Positions 1 to 10,105 of a DNA stretch of 64,000 nt are shown here, one piece after another. The position numbers were made by a program, and so were the translations under genes. The notes below the pieces were generated by a model. The model ran no database searches and was not told the DNA's origin. It saw only the letters and a program-made list of their open reading frames with translations. This DNA is from Burkholderiales bacterium (lineage in GTDB: Bacteria > Pseudomonadota > Gammaproteobacteria > Burkholderiales > Eutrophovitaceae): assembly GCA_028379895.1 (NCBI GenBank), contig JAOEKQ010000001.1, positions 138,329 through 202,328 of the forward strand. Reading direction: 5' to 3'. Numbering within the stretch: the first letter of the stretch is position 1; each line of letters starts with the position of its first letter.

Positions 1-581
<581 letters not shown>

Positions 582-625
582 TTAAATTTTGAATTAAAGT
601 GTCATTAATTGAGTCACTTTCCTTA

Positions 626-1882
626 TCATCTACGTATCTCGCCATTACCAAAGACAACCCACTTCTGGTTTGTCAGACCTTCTAACCCGACAGGACCACG
701 AGCATGCAGTTTATTCGTTGAAATGCCGATTTCTGCTCCAAGCCCATACTCAAAACCATCCGCAAAACGTGTCGACGCATTGATCATTACGGAGCTTGAG
801 TCTACTTCACGAATAAAACGTTTCGCAGCTGCATCGTTTTCCGTAATGATTGCATCGGTGTGCTGAGAGCCATGTGTACTTATATGCTTGATCGCTTCAT
901 CTAGACCCGAGACAACTTTGATCGCAATAATAGGTGCGAGATACTCCTCAGTCCAATCGGATTTTGTTGCAGCTAAAGAATTCATTATATGAATTCGGCT
1001 CGCATCATCACCGCGTATTTCTACACCTTTCGCAGATAAAATTTTTCCGATCTTTGGCAAAAATGTTGAAGCTAAGGATTCATGTACTAGTAATGTCTCC
1101 ATAGTGTTACAAGTTCCGTACCGCTGTGTTTTGGCGTTATCTGAAATGTCCAGGGCTTTTTGAAGATCAGCGTCTTTATCTACATAAACGTGACATACGC
1201 CATCTAAATGTTTTATGACGGGAATTGTAGCTTCTTTCGAAATTCGTTCTACGAGCCCTTTCCCTCCTCTTGGGATAATAACGTCGACATGCTCTTTCAA
1301 GGTGATCAGTTGTCCGACCGCATCTCGGTCTGTTGTCTTGACCACTTGAACGATTCCTTGCGGAAGATTAGTCGATTTTAATGCAGTAGATATGCATTGA
1401 CCAATTACTTGATTTGAATGACTTGACTCTGATCCACCTCTTAGAATTACTACATTTCCTGATTTTAAGCACAATCCTGCTGCGTCAGCAGTCACGTTAG
1501 GCCGCGATTCGTAGATCATTCCAATGACCCCTATTGGCACCCGCATTTTTCCAACTTTAATTCCTGAGGGTCGCGATTGCATATCACTAATTTTTCCAAC
1601 AGGATCGGGTAACTCCGAGATTTGGCCAATACCCCTCGCCATATTTTCTATTGCCTCACTTGTCAATGTGAGCCTATCGATCAATGCATCAGCGAGCCCT
1701 TTTTGTTGAGCTTCACTAGTGTCTTGTGCATTTGCATTGAGAATATCCTGTTGCTTCGCTACAAGCTCATCGGCGATAGCAATGAGGGCGGTATTTTTAG
1801 TGCGCGTATCTGCGGCGGCGATTGCTTGACTCGCTTCTCGGGCAATTTCGCCCAGGTTGGTCATGTAGTGACTTAAGTTCAT
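626..1882 (-). CDS. proA: Gamma-glutamyl phosphate reductase
   Basis: ORF 626..1921 has full-length ProA character ([13 protein letters not shown]..., [27 protein letters not shown]). Start moved to ATG 1882 ([11 protein letters not shown]); the 1921 start is a TTG extension. Confidence 0.9.
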   Translation of the reverse strand: MNLSHYMTNLGEIAREASQAIAAADTRTKNTALIAIADELVAKQQDILNANAQDTSEAQQKGLADALIDRLTLTSEAIENMARGIGQISELPDPVGKISDMQSRPSGIKVGKMRVPIGVIGMIYESRPNVTADAAGLCLKSGNVVILRGGSESSHSNQVIGQCISTALKSTNLPQGIVQVVKTTDRDAVGQLITLKEHVDVIIPRGGKGLVERISKEATIPVIKHLDGVCHVYVDKDADLQKALDISDNAKTQRYGTCNTMETLLVHESLASTFLPKIGKILSAKGVEIRGDDASRIHIMNSLAATKSDWTEEYLAPIIAIKVVSGLDEAIKHISTHGSQHTDAIITENDAAAKRFIREVDSSSVMINASTRFADGFEYGLGAEIGISTNKLHARGPVGLEGLTNQKWVVFGNGEIRR

Positions 1883-1934
1883 AACTGAGTGCCTGATTCT
1901 AAGCGTATATTTTACAGCCAAATTGAACTTTAAA

Positions 1935-2945
1935 CTAAGTTCTAGCTGGTGTAATTGAAAGTGCGAGCTCTAATAAATTTGCCCAGGCATTTCCGGTTGC
2001 TATCCCTTTGATCTGTCTGTCTATTTCAGACGCTTGAATTACTGCGTTTCTTAGCTTTTCCGAGGTGATTTGATGCACAACGTTCGGTATGAGTTTCTGT
2101 CGCAAGCCCCAGGCGCCGGCACCTGCGCACGCAGATCTCATGTCTAACCCTTCATTTATTGCTGTTTTAACTCGCAGCAAAACTTTAGCCTCCTCGGCGA
2201 GCATCCATAGCACCAGAGGAGGCGCTACATTTTCTTTTTCAAGACCGCGTAATGTTCGAATTAGTAAGTTTCTGTTTCCCTTTAATATGGCTGGACCTAA
2301 ATCAAACGGATCAAATCGCGCCACATCAACGACGGCTTTCTTAATATTCTCTATTGACAAGTGGCCTTCTGGCAGTAAAAGCCCTAATTTTAAAATCTCT
2401 TGATGTGCTGCGATAAGATTACCTTCCACTCTAGCCGCTAGTAGTCGCAGTGCATCTTGATCTATTGTTTGGTTTTGAAGTTTTAACCGATCCGTGATCC
2501 AGCGATGAAGATTTTCTCGATATACTTTTTTCACTTCAATTGAAATACCGTATTTTTCAAGTGCCGCGAACCATTTTGAAGTTCGAGTGTTACGATCGAG
2601 CCCTGGTAGCGTGATTAAAGTGATTGTATTTTCCGGTATATTTTTGACGTAGGCTTGTAGCGCTTCGCTGCCTGGTTTGCCTGGCTTTCCAGTGGGCATC
2701 CGAAGGTCGACCACTTTATTGTTTGAAAACAGCGAGATGGACTGAGAGTGTTCCTTCAGCTTCGACCAATCAAATCTACTCTCTGCCACCAGTATGATGC
2801 GGTCCTCAAAGCCTTTATGTTTCGCCGCTCGTCGAATTAGGTCTGCGGCCTCTAGGACCAGCAGAAGCTCGTCGCCATGGACAATATATAAGTCACCCAT
2901 ATTAGTCCTTAGGTGATCTTCTAGCTCATGAGCATCTATTTTCAC
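1935..2945 (-). CDS. holA: DNA polymerase III delta subunit
   Basis: 336 aa with HolA-like layout ([11 protein letters not shown]..., [20 protein letters not shown]). Confidence 0.8.
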   Translation of the reverse strand: MKIDAHELEDHLRTNMGDLYIVHGDELLLVLEAADLIRRAAKHKGFEDRIILVAESRFDWSKLKEHSQSISLFSNNKVVDLRMPTGKPGKPGSEALQAYVKNIPENTITLITLPGLDRNTRTSKWFAALEKYGISIEVKKVYRENLHRWITDRLKLQNQTIDQDALRLLAARVEGNLIAAHQEILKLGLLLPEGHLSIENIKKAVVDVARFDPFDLGPAILKGNRNLLIRTLRGLEKENVAPPLVLWMLAEEAKVLLRVKTAINEGLDMRSACAGAGAWGLRQKLIPNVVHQITSEKLRNAVIQASEIDRQIKGIATGNAWANLLELALSITPART

Positions 2946-2953
2946 AGCTATAT

Positions 2954-4681
2954 TTAGCCTGTATTGAGCTGAGTAATGAGCTCTTTAACGCGAGTAGGAT
3001 CTTGCGCTCTTAGAATTTTTTTTGTGATTGATGTTGTTTGTCGTAGGTCAGAGGTAAGCACTCTTTGTTTGACTGCTAGCAAGTGTGCCGGGTGCATTGA
3101 AAATGTCCGTAACCCCATCCCCAATAATAAGCGAGTAATGGATGGGTCGCCAGCGATCTCACCGCAAACCGCTACAGATTTATTGACTCGGTTGGCAGAG
3201 CTGATGATATGGGAGAGCAGTTGAAGGATGGCGGGATGCATCGGATCGTATAAGTGCGCTACCGAGTCGTCAGTTCGGTCTATCGCCAATGTGTATTGAA
3301 TTAAGTCGTTCGTACCTATAGATACAAAATCAAGTTTTTTAAGAAATGCATTTATTGACAGGGCTGCAGCTGGCACTTCAATCATGCCGCCAATTTCCAC
3401 TTTTCGATCGTATGCAACACCTTCGACATCGAGAGATTGTTTTGCTTCTGAAATTAGATGTAGTGCCTGGTCAATTTCATGGATATTTGAGAGCATTGGA
3501 ATTAGGATTCGTATCTTCCCAAATTTAGATGCCCGAAGTATTGCTCTAAGTTGATGATGAAATAAACGGGGCTCGGCTAGACACAGTCTTATTGCTCGTT
3601 GTCCAAGCGCTGGGTTAGGGGCGACCCGCGTATATCCGTCGGGTTGTTTATCCGAACCCAGGTCAAAAGTTCTAATCGTAATTAATGCTTTTTTCATATC
3701 AAGAACAACTTGTCGATACGCTTCAAATTGTTCGTCTTCTGAAGGAAGGTCGCCACGATTGAGAAATAAGAACTCTGTTCTGAATAAACCAACGCCAGTC
3801 GCGCCATTTTCCTTTGCTGATGCAACATCCTCTGGCAATTCGATATTTGCACTCAATTCAATATCTGCACCGTCAATCGTCGTTGCACGATTGCGTCTCA
3901 AACGCCTAAGTTTTTGTTGCGCCAACAACCATTGTTTACGGAGAACCTCGTATTCACTCAGTATGATTTCATCGGGATTAACGATGACCACGCCGGCTGT
4001 ACCGTCAACGATAATTAGTTCATTTTCTCGAATCAATGTTCTGGCCTGGTGAAGCGCGACTACGGAGGGGATGTTTAAGCTTCGGGCGACAATGGTGGTA
4101 TGTGATGTGGCTCCACCTAAGTCAGTAATAAAGCCGGCAAACTTGTGTTGCTTAAAAAGTACTACGTCTGTAGGGGATAGATCGTGGGCGACAATTATTG
4201 TGTTCTTTTCAGCGTTATTCGTTGGCGCGTCTCCAGGTCGTCCAAGTAATGCTTTTAATATTCTCTCCGCAACTTGACGCACATCTGCTTTTCTCTCGCG
4301 TAAGTAAGCATCTTCAATCTTTGAGAATTGCTCCAGTAGTTTGTCTAGCTGAACTTTTAAAGCCCATTCAGCATTACAGCTCATGGATTCAATAATATTT
4401 TTGGGAGCCTCCGAAAGTGTGGAATCTTCCAAAATCATCTTATGCAGATTAATAAAAGCTTCAAATTCCGCCTCTGGTATATCCGAGATCATTTGTTTTT
4501 TTAAGCCTTTGAGCTCTTTACTAACCGTTTTTATTGCTCGGTCAAAACGGATTTTTTCACTCTTAATTTTATCTTTTGGAATGCCATAATGCGTCACTTC
4601 TAATAGCGCGTGAGAAGTGAGTTGTGCACGTCCTATCGCGATACCGCCTGAGACGCCAGCGCCGTGTATCGTAAAGCTCAC
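2954..4681 (-). CDS. ptsI: Phosphoenolpyruvate-protein phosphotransferase (PTS Enzyme I)
   Basis: 575 aa with phospho-His region GGATSHTTIVARSLNIPSV and PEP-utilising barrel FVSIGTNDLIQYTLA. No N-terminal GAF domain. Confidence 0.9.
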   Translation of the reverse strand: MSFTIHGAGVSGGIAIGRAQLTSHALLEVTHYGIPKDKIKSEKIRFDRAIKTVSKELKGLKKQMISDIPEAEFEAFINLHKMILEDSTLSEAPKNIIESMSCNAEWALKVQLDKLLEQFSKIEDAYLRERKADVRQVAERILKALLGRPGDAPTNNAEKNTIIVAHDLSPTDVVLFKQHKFAGFITDLGGATSHTTIVARSLNIPSVVALHQARTLIRENELIIVDGTAGVVIVNPDEIILSEYEVLRKQWLLAQQKLRRLRRNRATTIDGADIELSANIELPEDVASAKENGATGVGLFRTEFLFLNRGDLPSEDEQFEAYRQVVLDMKKALITIRTFDLGSDKQPDGYTRVAPNPALGQRAIRLCLAEPRLFHHQLRAILRASKFGKIRILIPMLSNIHEIDQALHLISEAKQSLDVEGVAYDRKVEIGGMIEVPAAALSINAFLKKLDFVSIGTNDLIQYTLAIDRTDDSVAHLYDPMHPAILQLLSHIISSANRVNKSVAVCGEIAGDPSITRLLLGMGLRTFSMHPAHLLAVKQRVLTSDLRQTTSITKKILRAQDPTRVKELITQLNTG

Positions 4682-4738
4682 TTGAGTTTCCTCCGCTGCT
4701 TACCGTTTGAGAATGTGACACTTTCGCTTGTGTTCACT

Positions 4739-5008
4739 TTATTGCCCCTCCCCAAAAAGGTCTGAGACTAGATTTTCAATAGCATTGAGCGCTTCATCCT
4801 CATCTGGACCGTCTACCTCTAAGTCTAGGAACACTCCTTTTGCTGCTGCTAACATCATCACGCCCATAATGCTTTTAGCATTGACTTTTTGGCCATCACG
4901 GCTAAGCCAAATTTCGGATTGATATTGGCCTGCAAGTTGTGTCAGTTTCGCTGATGCTCTTGCGTGTAATCCCAGCTCATTCAGTATCTCTATTTTTTTA
5001 CGTCGCAT
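4739..5008 (-). CDS. ptsH: Phosphocarrier protein HPr
   Basis: 89 aa with active-site His context NELGLHARAS and Ser46 region NAKSIMGVMML. Confidence 0.9.
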   Translation of the reverse strand: MRRKKIEILNELGLHARASAKLTQLAGQYQSEIWLSRDGQKVNAKSIMGVMMLAAAKGVFLDLEVDGPDEDEALNAIENLVSDLFGEGQ

Positions 5009-5019
5009 ATTTAACTTTG

Positions 5020-5409
5020 TTATTTCAACGGTATCTGCATGACACCTTCGCTGCCACCAGATAAACCTTTTTTAATAAGCGTTTTCATATCTTTTTTTCG
5101 GTAAGTGAGTACACGGATTAACATGGGTAAGTTCACTCCTGAAATACCATAAACATTGCCAGTCTCGAGAAGCTTTTTGGTGATGTTGCTCGGGCTACCC
5201 CCATACATATCAGTTAAAACAATAATCCCTGAGCCGTCATCCACCTTAGAGATTGCTTCGGCGGCTTTTTTTGTCATTGCCTCTATAGAAACGTTTCCAT
5301 TGATTTCCACCGCAGTTATATTGTCCACTGGATCCCCAATGACATGTTTAGCGCAGTCGATAAGACTCTGGCCAAGTGCGCCGTGGGTTATTAATACTAT
5401 GCCGACCAT
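5020..5409 (-). CDS. PTS EIIA component, mannose/fructose (type 4) family
   Basis: 129 aa with N-terminal VGIVLITHGALG phospho-His motif typical of EIIA-Man. No EIIB/C/D genes nearby. Confidence 0.8.
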   Translation of the reverse strand: MVGIVLITHGALGQSLIDCAKHVIGDPVDNITAVEINGNVSIEAMTKKAAEAISKVDDGSGIIVLTDMYGGSPSNITKKLLETGNVYGISGVNLPMLIRVLTYRKKDMKTLIKKGLSGGSEGVMQIPLK

Positions 5410-5424
5410 GATGCTAATCTTTCT

Positions 5425-6375
5425 TTAAGATTTTTCCCTAACATTTTTCTCTATAGAGTCAATAAACATTTTTGGAACATCGAAGCCTGTTTGATTTTGT
5501 ATTTCACGCATACAGGTCGGGCTAGTTACATTAATCTCGGTTAGATAATCTCCAATGATATCTAGGCCCACCAACAATAATCCTTTTGCCGAGAGCTCTT
5601 GTCCGAGCGCGCTCGAAATTTCTTTTTCCCGATCAGTCAGTTCCATAGCAACGCCCCTACCACCGGCAGCAAGATTTCCTCGATGATCTGACCCTTGAGG
5701 TATTCGGGCTAAAGAATAGGGTACGGGTTCGCCATCGATCAGCAAAACTCTTTTATCGCCAGCACTAATTTGTGAAATAAATTTTTGGACCATAATAGTT
5801 CGGCACCCAAATTCAGTGAGTGTTTCTAAAATCACACCTAAGTTAGGATCATCTGGACGTGATCGGAATACCGACGAGCCACCCATTCCGTCAAGAGGTT
5901 TTAGAACGACCTCTTTCTGTTCTTGAATAAAGTGTTTAATTGTAGTCAGATCAGCCGTGACTAGGGTCGGTGCAATAAATTGAGGATATTTTGTGATGGC
6001 AAGTTTTTCATTAAAGTCTCGTATGCTTTGTGGTCGGTTGAAGACAAGACAACCCTCGTTTTCCAAAGCCTCAAGTAAATATGTGCTGTAAACGTATTCC
6101 ATATCAAATGGCGGATCTTTTCGCATGAGGATGCCATCTAGATTAGATGACAATAAAATTTTTGATTCGATGACTTCATACCAAATCTTAGGGTCATCGT
6201 TTAATAACAATCTTTGAGCGCTGACTGACACCTTATCATCAAGAAACTTAAGGTCTGAAGGTTTCGCCACCCAAATTTGATGTCCGCGGTATTGCGCTTC
6301 TCGCATCATTACGAACGAGGTGTCCTTCTCAATTTTGAGTGTTTCTAGCGGATCAATTATGAAAAGTAGATTCAC
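5425..6375 (-). CDS. gshB: Glutathione synthetase (ATP-grasp)
   Basis: 316 aa with GshB motifs (ILMRKDPPFD, VLKPLDGMGG, EINVTSPT). Confidence 0.9.
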   Translation of the reverse strand: MNLLFIIDPLETLKIEKDTSFVMMREAQYRGHQIWVAKPSDLKFLDDKVSVSAQRLLLNDDPKIWYEVIESKILLSSNLDGILMRKDPPFDMEYVYSTYLLEALENEGCLVFNRPQSIRDFNEKLAITKYPQFIAPTLVTADLTTIKHFIQEQKEVVLKPLDGMGGSSVFRSRPDDPNLGVILETLTEFGCRTIMVQKFISQISAGDKRVLLIDGEPVPYSLARIPQGSDHRGNLAAGGRGVAMELTDREKEISSALGQELSAKGLLLVGLDIIGDYLTEINVTSPTCMREIQNQTGFDVPKMFIDSIEKNVREKS

Positions 6376-6480
6376 TGGTATTTTTAGCTTTCATGCGAGG
6401 TAGCTGGTTTAATAATAAATTCATACTAAAGTAAATAGATTCTAACAGACCAGTTAAGAGTCATACGTTTTGATGAATAT

Positions 6481-6505
6481 AAAAAAGGGCGCCACAAGGG
6501 CGCCC
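6481..6505 (-). terminator. Rho-independent terminator downstream of amtB
   Basis: On the minus strand, GGGCGCC-CTTGT-GGCGCCC (7-bp GC stem) is followed by TTTTTT. It lies 29 nt after the amtB stop. Confidence 0.8.
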
Positions 6506-6533
6506 AAAAGGGGAGATATAACTTTAAATTTTA

Positions 6534-7826
6534 TTAATTATGGTAGGCAGCTTCTCCGTGCGAAGTCGCATCTAAACCCTCACGCTCCTCATCTTCCGTA
6601 GGCCGGATGCCGACTATGCCGTCAACGATCTTGATGAGAATTAAGCTGGCGATACCACTCCATAGGATTGTGATTACGACACCTTCGATTTGAATGGCGA
6701 CTTGGGAGCCCATTGTGACTCCTTCTCCGTAACCCACTCCACCAAAGCCAGGCGCACACAAAATACCCGCACCGATTGCTCCGATGATGCCTCCAATACC
6801 GTGGACGCCGAAGACGTCAAGTGAATCGTCGTAGCCAAAGGCTGACTTGATCTTGGTACAAGCGAAGAAACAAACAACACCAGTGATCGCACCCAAAAGG
6901 ATCGCTCCCATGGGACCAACAAATGCACATGCTGGAGTAATGGCGACTAGGCCAGCGACGGCTCCAGAGGCCCCACCTAACATCGTTGGTTTGCCGCGGG
7001 TTATCCACTCAATGAACAACCAGCCTAGAACCGATGCAGCTGTACACAATTGTGTGGTTAGGAGTACTAATCCTGCGGTGCCATCAGCGGCCAATTCACT
7101 ACCAACATTGAATCCAAACCAGCCAACCCAAAGAAGTGCTGCTCCAACCATAGTAAAAGGTAGATTATGCGGTGGCATGGCCTCCTTGCCATAACCAAGT
7201 CGCTTACCTAACACTAAACAAATCACGAGACCCGCAATTGCAGCGTTAATATGGACAACTGTTCCTCCAGCAAAATCAAGAGCGCCTTTTGACCCCAAAT
7301 AGCCGCCGCCCCAAACCATGTGGCAAATAGGGATATAGCTGACAAAAAGCCAAAGTGCGGAGAACCAGAGAACAGCTGAGAACTTGATTCGTTCTGCGAA
7401 CGCGCCAATGATGAGTGCTGGCGTGATACATGCGAACGTAAGTTGGAAGGTTACAAAGACGTATTCCGGGATGGTGCCGCTAAGGGTGTCAGGCGTAATT
7501 CCTGCCAGGAAGGCCTTATCGAACCCGCCAATAATGCTGTTAAACGGACCTTCTGTAAACGCTAAGCTGTAGCCGGCGATGGCCCATAAAATGGACATCA
7601 GAGCTACTATGGCGAAAACTTGCATCAAAACGGACAACATATTCTTCGTTCGAACAAGTCCTCCGTAGAACAGGGCAAGTCCTGGTATAGACATCATGAT
7701 AACCAGCACGGTTGCCACAATCATCCAACTTGTGTCACCAGCGCTGAGAGTATCCTCTGCAAAACTTGGTCCTGCGGCCGCTGTAAGCCCTAAAGCCGCC
7801 GCCCAAAACAATAGTTTCTTAAGCAT
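6534..7826 (-). CDS. amtB: Ammonium transporter
   Basis: 430 aa with a signal peptide and polytopic membrane profile. Amt signatures DFAGGTVVHINAA and VFGVHGIGGIIG. Confidence 0.92.
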   Translation of the reverse strand: MLKKLLFWAAALGLTAAAGPSFAEDTLSAGDTSWMIVATVLVIMMSIPGLALFYGGLVRTKNMLSVLMQVFAIVALMSILWAIAGYSLAFTEGPFNSIIGGFDKAFLAGITPDTLSGTIPEYVFVTFQLTFACITPALIIGAFAERIKFSAVLWFSALWLFVSYIPICHMVWGGGYLGSKGALDFAGGTVVHINAAIAGLVICLVLGKRLGYGKEAMPPHNLPFTMVGAALLWVGWFGFNVGSELAADGTAGLVLLTTQLCTAASVLGWLFIEWITRGKPTMLGGASGAVAGLVAITPACAFVGPMGAILLGAITGVVCFFACTKIKSAFGYDDSLDVFGVHGIGGIIGAIGAGILCAPGFGGVGYGEGVTMGSQVAIQIEGVVITILWSGIASLILIKIVDGIVGIRPTEDEEREGLDATSHGEAAYHN

Positions 7827-7847
7827 CGTACATTTCCTTTCTTAGTC

Positions 7848-8237
<390 letters not shown>

Positions 8238-8279
8238 CTAACACTTTAACCGTCAGACAGCAGCCCTTGCCCAGTTATA

Positions 8280-8296
8280 AGCATTTTTCGTGCCAA
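8280..8296 (-). promoter_or_regulatory. Sigma-54 (-24/-12) promoter for glnK-amtB
   Basis: The minus strand reads TGGCACGAAAAATGCT. This matches TGGCACG-N4-TTGCW at every fixed position but one, with correct GG/GC spacing, about 95 nt upstream of the glnK ATG. Confidence 0.75.
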
Positions 8297-8360
8297 TATA
8301 TATAAACATATGATTAATATATATTTGTATGAAAAAATGATCTATGGCGGTTGCGCGTCA

Positions 8361-8375
8361 GCACCAATATAGTGC
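8361..8375. promoter_or_regulatory. NtrC-type enhancer palindrome (GCACC-N5-AGTGC)
   Basis: GCACCAATATAGTGC resembles the TGCACC-N5-GGTGCA consensus. It is centred about 100 nt upstream of the predicted sigma-54 start, with an AT-rich spacer between. Confidence 0.55.
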
Positions 8376-8549
8376 GCATTTTGAGAGTTCGGCTACTTCT
8401 GGTGCGCCAGGGCAGTAGAGTTTTTAACTAGTTCTGGAAACTGTGAAATTAACAATATTTATAGGGTTTTTTTACCGAGGCTTCAAAATAACTGGTGTAA
8501 TTTTTGGTCTAGCCAGTTATATTTTAAATTTTAGTTGGAGGTTATTCGG

Positions 8550-8777
8550 GTGATAGACAAAAAATCTTTAGAAGACTTATCTATAAAAATCAATGATTTA
8601 ATAAAGAAAAGTCCGATACAGGATGTTCAAAAGAATATACGTGCCGTCATATCAGGTTGGTTTGCCAGCCACGATTTGGTAACGCGTGAGGAATTTGATG
8701 CTCAGGTTGAGGTTTTAAGGCGAACGCAAGATAAGCTGCACAAATTAGAGAAGGAAATTGAGCATATGAGTGAATAG
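8550..8777 (+). CDS. ubiK: Ubiquinone biosynthesis accessory factor UbiK (YqiC/BMFP family)
   Basis: DLVTREEFDAQVEVLRRTQDKLHKLEKEI matches the YqiC core. GTG 8550 is preferred because GGAGG lies 7 nt upstream; the track starts at TTG 8535. Confidence 0.75.
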   Translation: MIDKKSLEDLSIKINDLIKKSPIQDVQKNIRAVISGWFASHDLVTREEFDAQVEVLRRTQDKLHKLEKEIEHMSE

Positions 8778-8837
8778 TGTGGTTCGCCCGATCAGAATCT
8801 TTGACTACATAGTAGAAGCGTTTGTATCTGAGGCTAA

Positions 8838-9917
8838 TCAGTCAGCGAAAAATTCTGGCCACCGCCCTCTAACATAGACTTGAAATTTATCGGATAGCCC
8901 TTGCTTAGTTAGATACTTGCTTGGAACTGGCATTTCAATCGGCTTGAAGACAGGATCATTTTTATATTTGTTTGGAAAATCGGATTCGAGCATTGCCGCA
9001 CGACCCAACATTACCCAGTCTACTCCGGCATTCATTGCGGCTTCAGCATCGTTGGGAGTGCGAATTTTCCCAGCAACACCAAGTTGAACCTTTTTGCGCT
9101 CAAGAACTGTAAAAAGACTCATCAACGACTGTCCTTTGTATCTATCGTCTTCTGCTTCTTTAAATGCGTCCCATAGCGACATATCCAAGAAGTCAATCAC
9201 ATCTTGGTCAAATAATTTTTTTGCTGTACCGATCGAATCTTCTGTTCTCATGCCAAATTTTTCTGCGGAGAGTCTGACACCTAGGATAAAGTCACTTCGA
9301 CATTCGCTTCTGACGCCATCAATAATTTCGAACAAGATCCTCGCTCTGTTTTCGAAAGATCCACCATACTCATCAGTTCGCTGGTTGATATCGGCACTTA
9401 AGAAATTACATAAAATATAACTGTGTGCCCCGTGAAGCTCTACACCATCGAACCCCGCTTTTTCGGCTCTTTTGGCTCCCGTAACAAAGTCATCTATTAG
9501 CTTTTTTACTTCGGATGTAGTGAGCCCGCGGGCGCCACTTTCTGGTTGATCAGATGCTGTAACTGGTGGACCACCTATTATTTCTCTGGGCGATCGAAGT
9601 CCAGCGTGATGAAGTTGAACGATCGCTGAGCTATCTTCTTTTTTGATCCCATTGGCGAGGCGGGTGAGACCGTCTAAATGGCGATCAGACCAAATACCTA
9701 GCTGTCCAGGAAACCCCTTACCAATCTCTTGAACGTGGGATGCGCAGGTCATGGTCATACCAAACCCACCTTTCGCGCGCATCGTGAGCCATTTATATTC
9801 CTCGTCACTAAGCGTTCCATCTTCATGACTTTGTTGATTAGTGAGTGGCGCAAGAAAAAATCTATTTTTAATCGTTGGTCCGTGTTTGAATTGAATGGCA
9901 TCAAGAAGTTTTGGCAT
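8838..9917 (-). CDS. NADH:flavin oxidoreductase, Old Yellow Enzyme family
   Basis: FFLAPLTNQQS and GFDGVELHGAHSYILCNFLS are OYE TIM-barrel motifs. Start set to ATG 9917 (MPKLLDAIQF). Confidence 0.8.
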   Translation of the reverse strand: MPKLLDAIQFKHGPTIKNRFFLAPLTNQQSHEDGTLSDEEYKWLTMRAKGGFGMTMTCASHVQEIGKGFPGQLGIWSDRHLDGLTRLANGIKKEDSSAIVQLHHAGLRSPREIIGGPPVTASDQPESGARGLTTSEVKKLIDDFVTGAKRAEKAGFDGVELHGAHSYILCNFLSADINQRTDEYGGSFENRARILFEIIDGVRSECRSDFILGVRLSAEKFGMRTEDSIGTAKKLFDQDVIDFLDMSLWDAFKEAEDDRYKGQSLMSLFTVLERKKVQLGVAGKIRTPNDAEAAMNAGVDWVMLGRAAMLESDFPNKYKNDPVFKPIEMPVPSKYLTKQGLSDKFQVYVRGRWPEFFAD

Positions 9918-10105
9918 GAGTGAATTCCGTTGGAGTTTTTTATAAGAACTTACTGGCATCATGTTACTAAAAAAAATAATGATAACGCGATTATCTTTCA
10001 ACTGATATTCGATCCTAATTTATTTATTACGGCCTATGCTAGTGTCTAAAATAGAGAAACATACCAGTTAAAACAAATTTTAATAATGTCCATGAAGAGG
10101 TCAAT

